Source: Octopus vulgaris (lineage: Eukaryota). From it: DNA of 64,000 nucleotides. The translations under genes and the position numbers were made by a program. The stretch covers positions 25,420,001 to 25,484,000 of the forward strand of contig OX597817.1 of assembly GCA_951406725.2 (NCBI GenBank). Reading direction: 5' to 3'. Positions 54,347 through 64,000 of the stretch are shown in pieces. A model generated the notes under the pieces. The model was given only the letters and a program-made list of their open reading frames with translations, did not search any database and had not been told where the DNA came from. Position 1 is the stretch's first letter. Each line of letters opens with the position of its first letter.

Positions 54347-55804
54347 AATTCTCGGCCGGCGGCATCTTTCGGACAGTTATGGCCCCTGTTTGTGTATTGT
54401 TTTGTTTTCCTTCATGTGCGTTAACTACAAAATTAGAGCATTTTAGTTCTTATTTCTGGCAATGTAGGTCTTTTTTAACACCCTAGTCACATTTAGTAAC
54501 ATTTATAATTCTTCTTTCTGGTGAAATTTTGCAACGTGTAGTTTATATCAATTTTATATATATATAAATAAACATATATATATGTGTGTGTGTGCGTGCG
54601 TGTGTGTAAGTATGTATAAACATAGACAGATACTTACATACATAGATACATATACTTATGAGCATACATATGTGTGTGTAATATATATAATTTAGTACAT
54701 GTGTGTGTATATGTGTGTATATGTGTATAATAAATAACTTAATATATACACACACATACATACATAAATAAACTGACAAAAGGGTTATTTTGGTATTGCT
54801 ACAATTGTTTTATTAGGAGTTCTTATTGTGATATTAGCATAATACAATCAGATTACATAATATTTTAAATAAGTGCTAGCTCATCAAGCTACCAAATAAA
54901 CAAAAGAGCAGGTATTTTTTGATTGATCAACCGATGACCATCAAATGAAGTTTCTTATCACAAATGTAAGAAATTTAAAGTTTGTCCTCAACCTGTCAAT
55001 TTAGAGGGGTGGATAGTGGAACTAGTAAAAATGCAGTCTATCGACTTGTATTACTTTTTATACCATGCATTGTTTTGGCTTTCAAAAATCAAAACATTGA
55101 TATGGTGTGTGTGTGTGTGTATAGTTAGTTAGACTGACGGGTGTCTAAAGTAGATCATAGTAGTTAATTCATTAAGAATGTATAACAGTGAAACTAGTAA
55201 TTTAATTGATAAGCACAGAAATACAAGCCTTTTAAATGTATTCGGAATATATCTAGTGATTGTAGAAAGCACAATATTTCAAGATGTTATGCCAAATTAA
55301 ATAAATCACCTGTCGTTATGTGACAGGCATGACAAGATAGTTAGCAACATGGTTTTGTAGGAAACATCGCTGCTACGGCCTTGGGGCCTCCACTGCATGA
55401 TGAGACAAATTTTGTGGATAAGAATCAGAAGAGTTTTCCCTAGTTTGGGCAATACTGTGGACATCAATTATAGCAATCGTTTGTATATTTTCAGGCAGTA
55501 GGCTTAATTTTTCGTTTGATGTAACATCACCATGTGGTCTTTAGTGTATTTAATGAGTTCTAGCCTGTCGCAAGCACCCATGTCACGTTTCCTGATAGCA
55601 TATAAATATCTCGTTTTTCCCCACCAGTCATGGTGATATCAAAATATCGTAGGTACTGCCGTCTTTCCTCCGACAAGGGCATTAAAAATTTTAAATGCTT
55701 TCTTTTCTGTTAAGTTATTCCGTCTCACTTCCCTGCTAAAATTATACTTCCCTATTTATTATAGGGAAGTATACCCACCATATGATAGATATGCATACGC
55801 GCAT

Positions 55805-55837
<33 letters not shown>

Positions 55838-56573
55838 TGCATTTATACAGAGAAAGAGAGAGAGAGGGGTAAGGAGAGAGAGAAAGAGAGACAGTAAGAG
55901 AGAAAGAGAAAGATAGCAGAAACACGGACAACAGGTAAGACATACTGGACAATATACAAACAAGGAAAGCATGTCGTCCTTCATTCCTCGTTGATTGAAG
56001 ATAAAAGCGGTTCCGACATATTATCAGCAGAATTTCTCGCTTATTTCAGAGTGCCATGGTTGGTATCTAGAACCGAACGATGAGAATTATAAGGCAAAAT
56101 GAAAATTTAATTCATGTGGCTTAGATAAACATAACCCAATGTGAAGCGATGAAAAATGTCAGTGACGTCTTTCGACTAGACTGACTATAGAGAAAAAAAA
56201 ATGATGCACTGTAGACAATTGTTCGGGATGTAACGCTAAGAGAAAGTGAAAGTGGGCGGTTGGACGTTGGCCTTTGACCAAGGAAAGAGAAAAATAACAT
56301 AGAAACAACAAACTCCCATTGAATCCCCCCAAAACCAAATGCCTATTTTGTAGTTGCGCTTCACTCGTTCAATAATTCTCCTTACAATACCGCATTTACA
56401 ATAATTATATATATACTTAAGTAACGAACTGATACTATAAGAGCACGGCAACCGATGGGCGACATTTTTAATTCAAATTCCATTTCGATAAATGCCGGCT
56501 CAGCCTGTGGTATTGAAAAACTAAATGAGTTATACACACATATTCATACACTTATACATACATGCATACAGAA

Positions 56574-56604
<31 letters not shown>

Positions 56605-56636
56605 GAGTATGTATGTATATATATATATATGTATAT

Positions 56637-56671
<35 letters not shown>

Positions 56672-56849
56672 CATATGTGTGTATATATACATATAATATA
56701 CATACATATGAGTATGTATGTATATATATATGTGTGTATATATATATATATACATATGTGTGCATATATGCATATAATATACATACATGAGTTTACATGT
56801 TTGTGTGTCTAAATATATATACATATGTGTGTATGTATGCATATAATAT

Positions 56850-56893
<44 letters not shown>

Positions 56894-56915
56894 ATGTTTA
56901 TGTATGTTTGTATAC

Positions 56916-56978
<63 letters not shown>

Positions 56979-56983
56979 TATTT

Positions 56984-57051
<68 letters not shown>

Positions 57052-57425
57052 ATGTTTATGTATGTTTGTATACATGTATGTATCGTTCCTTCAAGTCTAG
57101 TCAGAAATCGGCGCTATCTTAACAGAATATTTGCTGACAGAATTGCTCAGCCTACATTCGTAACTCCTCAAAGATAAAAAAAATAATTACAATAGACATA
57201 CTTTTGAAAAGCAATTATCAATAAACTATAAATACGTGAATAAATAAATAGATTTATTTATTTAGATTTGTTTCTGAAAGTTCCATTGTTTGTGAGATTG
57301 AAAAGAATGTAGTGGGATACAGCGAGAATTTTGGTTCTATATAAATCAGTTGCTTCAGTCGAAGTATTTGATACAAAAAAAAATAAGACGATTTTTTTTC
57401 GATATGGAAGCAAATCACTGACGTA

Positions 57426-57529
57426 GATGATGATGATGATGGTGAAGATGATGGTGATGATGATGATGATGGTGGTAATGATGGTGATGGTGGTGATGAT
57501 GGTGATGGTGGTGATGATGGTGATGGTGG

Positions 57530-57573
<44 letters not shown>

Positions 57574-57975
57574 GTGATGGTGGTGATGGTGGTGGTGGTG
57601 GTGATGGTGGTGGTTGTGGTGGTAGTGGTGGTGATGGTGGTGATGGTGATGATGATGATGATGGTGATGATGATGGTGATGATGAAGGTGATGATGATGG
57701 TGATGATGGTGGTGATGTTGATGATGAAGGTGATGATGATGGTGATGATGGTGATGGTGGTGATGTTGGTGGTGGTGATGATGGCGGCGGGTGGTGGTGG
57801 TGGTGGTGGTGGTGGTGGTAGTGGTGATAATGGTGATGATGGTGATGGTGATCATAGTGATGGTGATGATGGTGATGGTGATGATGATGATGATGGCGAT
57901 GACGATGATGATGATGGGGACGGTGGTGGTGCTAGGCACGGTGGTAGTGATGATGACGATGACGAGGATGATAAT
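57426..57975. repeat. Compound (GAT/GGT)n microsatellite
   Basis: Directly visible. Confidence 0.95.
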
Positions 57976-58429
57976 GTAGAGGAAGAGGAGAAAAAAGGGG
58001 AGAGCAATCACGTGGGTGATGATTATCATGCCAAGCATTATGGTGTCATTGGTAAGCCCTGAGTCAAATCTTCATGGAGCAGTGGATTAAAGACGAATGG
58101 CGTTCCAGTCGTGACTATTGTGTTCTTTTTAGCATTGACTATCCAGGACTACACAATGAAATGTCATCAATATCATCATTTTTTTGTATGACCAAAATAC
58201 TATTGCCCCATTTGATTAAGCTCCCTTTCCTCGAAATTTGAGAAATCCTTAGGTTACAAATTGCTAATTCTATTTTGAGATAGATGCAGCTTTGACTTCC
58301 GTTCATTTTCATATATTTTGCTGCCTAGTTTAGTTTTTCTATTTTGTTCTCCAATGAGATGTTAACCAATTCCTTAGCTACATTATTTGCATTATTTACA
58401 ATTGACGGATTTTTCGATGTTTATTATTA

Positions 58430-58500
<71 letters not shown>

Positions 58501-58667
58501 TGTATGGTGGACCCGTTTGAAAGGGCTAAAGTCAGACACTTTCCACTTTGGTCAAGGCCTCATCATACAATAACCATCAGGACATCACAACAAATCACAG
58601 CACATACCCAAGGCACACAGAGCTGCACTCGGTAGTGAAGTGAAAGCACGCTATAAAAATAAAACTA

Positions 58668-58710
<43 letters not shown>

Positions 58711-58713
58711 GTA

Positions 58714-58764
<51 letters not shown>

Positions 58765-60869
58765 TTTTCCGCATTAACTTCAAAGATAATAAAGATATGA
58801 ATCACTAGATGTTACAGGAAAAGACAAACTGAAGTGGAGTGTGAAAAACAAGCATAGCAAATACGAAGTGAGCTCGGTAAAGGGTATTATACAATATATA
58901 AACTGTACACACACATGCCCGCACACACATATCCGAACACGTTCACATACACACACACACACACGTGTGTGTGTGTGTGTATTCATATATATATACACAT
59001 ATATACAAACGTATTTGTACGGATTTAGGTAAAAGTATGATAAAGCACAATAATCAAAATAAGATATAATTTAAAGTAAATAAAACATGATTACTGATTA
59101 CGTTTAGCTGGGCACTCTACAACCCTGCACCATTAAGCTTTTTCGAAGTATTAGATACTGAAATACGCCGTCGTTTTAGGGATGCTTATTTTCAGGTTCG
59201 ATATGTTTAATTTTAATTTTACCAGTAGTCTACTTTTTGCGTGTGGTTTATGAACCAAGTGGTCACTGATTATGTGTCATTACAAATTTGTGGACTTTAT
59301 GGCTCCACAGATTTGTAATTCTCTGTATTTGTTTGAATTTTGAAGAATGGTGAATCGTTGTACATCTTCGATATCTCTGGGAAATGTTGTTGTTATTTAG
59401 AGGAAATTGTTCCTCCAGCCCCTGCTTTCGTTTGCTTTGTATTAAGTTTTATTCTTTCCATTAAAATATTTCTCTTTTTTCTTTTCGTATTTTCCTTTGT
59501 TATTAGTTTTTTCTTCATTGGGCAGAATCGTTAATACGCTGGACAAAATGCATAGCGACATTTCGTCTGTCTTTACATTATAAGTTCAAATTCTGTCGAA
59601 GTCTACTTTGTCTTTTATTATTTCGTGATCGATGAAATAACACTAGTTTAGCACTGGGCTCGATGTAATCGACTAGCCCCCCTCTATTAAAAGATTTAAG
59701 GTTTTGTGCCTCTAGTAGAAAGGAAAACTACTTCCGTATCGAACGAAGAATGTGTGGCACTTACTGTTAGGAGACATTGCTCGCCACAGAGATTTTCCTG
59801 ATGGTGCTCTGAAAACGGTTTTGCTCTTTGAAGATACTCTTTATTGCTTCCGTTTATTTTAGTTCTAATTAGTATTTCTCTCTCTTAGCGGCATCCAACT
59901 CTAAGGCGTGTTTCCCTCCAACAAATATAACAAGTTGTCTTTCTTTCAAACCATCTAACTTCTACCATTAATTGCATACTCCTTGTTTCAACACCATCTA
60001 TTTGACACAGTTCTAGTTATTCTCAGCGATTTTCAGATGACATTTTGTCTTGCTAGTCCATTTGAGGTCCTCTATCCACATTTTGAGGTCCTCTGTCCCT
60101 TTGAGGCACTCTGTCCACCTTTTCGTTTGACTAGCTTTGACCGTGTTTCCAATGTCTTTTACTGTAATTCGCGCGTTACTCTGACGCCTCTCCTAGGGTA
60201 CAAATATATGGTCAGTGATTTGTTTGATAATTTCAGTGTTTTGGTTGCATTCTTTTTAAGATGCAGCAAAGCGTGCTATAGCTTTTAATTTTAACTCCGA
60301 ATATGTCTCGCAGGTCTTGTACTATCATCTTTCTTTTCGTTGAAAAACATATATGTTTAACGTTTGCGAAGCTATCAATACTTTGGATATAGCTATTGCG
60401 CAATATAATTTCAATCTCATCAACTGAAAACTATTTCAGATTCTGAGAATAGATGGAAAAGAATGAAAACTTCCCACCTCCAACAAAATGCACTATCCCA
60501 AGGCAAGCATTGATCATCTTTAACAGCCGAGAAAAGAAGATGGAAGAGAATACACCAATCGTGAATTATTTATAAAACAGCTACGATTGGTTTGCAAGCA
60601 TATTTAAGCAAAAGATGAGATTGAATGATGATATTAACAAAAGACCTGGAAAACAAACTCCGACCCATAATGAAAGAAGCAGAGGAACGCAAAAGAAAAT
60701 CAAGAATCAGTAACATAGAACTTGTAAATGAAGTTGACTTTTCTATCAAATAAGGCAGCAAGAATCTACAAGATTTAAGCAATGTCTGAGGGACTGAAAA
60801 CACTAAAAAATATATTGAAAGATACATGGCAGCGAAAAACTTTTCCTAGTCAAAACCACTTCGTATAGT

Positions 60870-61115
60870 GCAAGTGGCTGAGTACTTCACAGATACGCGT
60901 ACACTTAACGTGGTTCCCAGGGAGACTCAGCGTGACACAAAATCTGACTAGGCCGGTTCTTTGAAACAGAGTTACTACTCAATTTTGCTAGTTGAGTGAA
61001 CTAGAACCTCATGAAATAAAGTGCCTCGCTCAAGGACACAACGTGCCGCCGGGAATCGAACTCAGGACCTAACGATCGTAAGCCGAATACCCTAACCACG
61101 AAGCGATACACCTTT
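60870..61115 (-). mobile_element. SINE with D-like head and C-type-1-like tail
   Basis: Minus strand gagttcgattcccg..tgtgtccttgagcgaggcacttt, then gtcacgctga..acgttaag..ctcagccactt as in 15374-15440. Confidence 0.65.
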
Positions 61116-61404
61116 ACTACCCTCGGAAATAGATCATAGCTAAAATGCAGAATCTGACAAACCAGTCGATACGATAGACTATATATTTTCAGGGTGCTCT
61201 ACGTTTTCCCTTAACTGAATGTAAAGCTAGACATGATTAGGTGAGCTAATACATTCACTGGACACTATTTGACAATTATGGTGCAGACCATGCTAACATT
61301 TGATACCATCCTCTATCAGTAATCGAAGCAAAAGGAGCAACAATTTTATTGAATTTTCGTACGCAGACTGCACCATATCAGGGTAATTTAGATTTAGTAT
61401 ATAT

Positions 61405-61614
61405 ATTTCTTTATTGCCCACAAGAGGGAACAAACAAGAACAGACAAACGGATTAAGTCGATTACATCGACCCCAGTGCGTAAATGGTACTTTATTTATC
61501 GACCCCGAAAGGATGAAAGGCAAAGTCGACCTCGGCGGAATTTGAACTCAGAACCTGACGGCAGACGAAATACTGCTAAGCATTTCGCTCGGCGTGCTAA
61601 CGTTTCTGCCAGCT
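61405..61614 (-). mobile_element. SINE family B
   Basis: Reverse complement of 19004-19233. Confidence 0.85.
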
Positions 61615-62249
61615 CATATACATTTAAATATGGAATAACAAGGATATTCAGAGAGGGTAATTCGACATTAATTACTATGTATTACAAAGATATGAATTTA
61701 CGTAAAGCTTGAACGGCGCTATTGAGGACGATTTTCTGAATTTCGTAAATATTAGTTTTATGAGGGATGTTTTCATGAAACTCATTTATGACTCCAAGCA
61801 TGCCAATTACTACTGGGGTTATTTGTCTACAATTACTACATTTTACTCGTCTCAATTTCTTGGTCTTGGTGACAACTGCCTGATATCATCTCTAAAGATT
61901 TTAAAATAAGACATGCCTTTTCGTTAACATTACTGTACATTCAGACAAAAAAAAATGTATCTGCTAAAGCGTATGATACATTTGCGAAGTACCAAGACCA
62001 AGAAATCGAGAGGAGCAGAATATGGTAATTGAAGACCTAAAAACCGCAATTGTAGTTGACGTGCTTGGAGTCATAAACGATTTTCTTGAAAACATCCCTG
62101 ATAAACTGAATATTTATGAAATTTAGAAAATCCTCCTCAATAGCACCGTTCACTTTTTACATAAATTCATTTCTTTGTATTCTCCTTCCTACATATCATT
62201 TGTTATGCCATATCTAAATGCATGAATCTATATACTGAATGGAAGGGTA

Positions 62250-62560
62250 ATGGCCCAGTGGTTAGGGCAGCGGACTCGCGGTCGGAGGATCGCGGTTTCG
62301 ATTCCAAGACCGAGCGTTGTGTGTGTTTACTGAGCGAAAACACCTAAAAGCTCCACGAGGCTCCGGCAGGGGGTGATGGTGACCCCTGTTGTACTCTTTC
62401 GCCACAACTTTCTCTCACTCTCCCTTTTCCTGTTTCTTGGGTAACGCTGCGATGGACTGACGTCCCGTCCAGCTGGGGGTGGGGGAAACGCATACGCCAC
62501 AGAAACCGAGAAACCGGGCCCATGAGCCCGGCTAGGCTTGAAAAGGGCGCATAAATAATA
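62250..62560 (+). mobile_element. SINE family C, tail type 2
   Basis: Matches 30355-30624. Confidence 0.85.
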
Positions 62561-63099
62561 AATAAATATACTGAATCTAAATTCATGTTATATAATTTCA
62601 TAGATCTACGTTACGTTGTGAAATGCTACCATGGATATTTTTGGAAAAAATTTTTTCCTTTTTCATTTAGAGATACATATTCATCTGCTCATTTACTACT
62701 TGATTCAATCATTAGATAGTGTCCATGCTGGAGCACTACAACTGAAAGCATTAATGAAACAAATGGACCCCAGTAGTCATTTTACGTCTAATACTAGTCT
62801 ACGTCATTGAAAATTTTACAGACATGAGACGTTTTAGACTTTAACATTTGCAACATCTGAATTATTGAATTATTTCCTATTTTATTGAAGAATATAACTT
62901 ATTTTATCTTTATCTGTATTCCACTGTCTTTTGCTAAATCACAATCATAATGGGCAAATATCATTAATGTTGTTGATGATGACAGCGACAACGATGATGA
63001 CAAAGATATTATCTTTGGTTATGTGTTTTTTTTAAAAACACCACAACAATATTATGTGGGTGTGTGCATATATATATATGTAAATATATATATATATAA

Positions 63100-63146
<47 letters not shown>

Positions 63147-63155
63147 GACATATAT

Positions 63156-63217
<62 letters not shown>

Positions 63218-63272
63218 GTATAAATGCATACATATATATACGCATATATATATATGTATATATATATGTTTA

Positions 63273-63327
<55 letters not shown>

Positions 63328-63342
63328 ATGTATATATGTATG

Positions 63343-63373
<31 letters not shown>

Positions 63374-63374
63374 G

Positions 63375-63424
<50 letters not shown>

Positions 63425-63492
63425 CAAAAACTGATAAAGGTAGGCGGGAAAATAAGGAGAGCAAAAGTGTAAAAAGAGAGCAAGTGAAGAGA

Positions 63493-63560
<68 letters not shown>

Positions 63561-64000
63561 AAAAGAAAGGTGTGGAAAATTAAAGAATGCAACAATAATT
63601 TTAATATTGATAACTTTGTCTGATAATGGATATAATGACAGCATAGTAACCTTGGTAGAATTGCGAGGTGTTGATGATGCTGGCAGCGGTAACAGGTGTG
63701 GTTGCGACACATTGTTGGTAAATGCGTGGTCGAGGGTGTGTGACAGCGATGTGACAATGATGTGTACGGTAGTGGATGAAAGGGCCGTGGTGCAGGTGAT
63801 GGTACGTACCATTTGTGGTGGTGATGGTTATCGTGCTGGTTGTGGTAGTGGTGGTGGTGGCTGTGGAGATGGTGCCAGTTGTGTTCGTATTGTTTTGTGT
63901 TCGGTATTGGTGTTGATGAGGTGATGGTTGTAGAGGTACTGTTGGAAATGCATTGCTGGTGTTGTTGTTGATGTTGTTGCTGTTAGTGGTGGAGGTGGTC

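Overview
AT-rich, repeat-saturated eukaryotic DNA with no confidently identifiable host gene. The SINE, microsatellite and LINE spectrum suggests an octopus-type cephalopod; this is an inference, not shown by the sequence. Nearly all ORFs in the track are microsatellite artefacts. The window holds about 10 decayed RLE-type (R4/Dong-like) LINE fragments, many ending in (TAA)n arrays, four Tc1/mariner relics, at least five SINE-like families, and one 5'-truncated Penelope-like element with an open RT-thumb plus GIY-YIG frame. The main hidden signal, read by eye, is about 12 type-I hammerhead-ribozyme motifs (stem I-CUGANGA-stem II-GAAA-usually palindromic stem III-UH). Five have intact cores: 22259, 34697, 40016, 43783 and 45309. 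They sit in short non-coding modules mostly embedded in (TA)n tracts, in direct or inverted repeats, and in the Penelope 3' repeat. Together they look like a diverse Penelope/retrozyme-like system. Most element boundaries are approximate, and ribozyme activity is untested.
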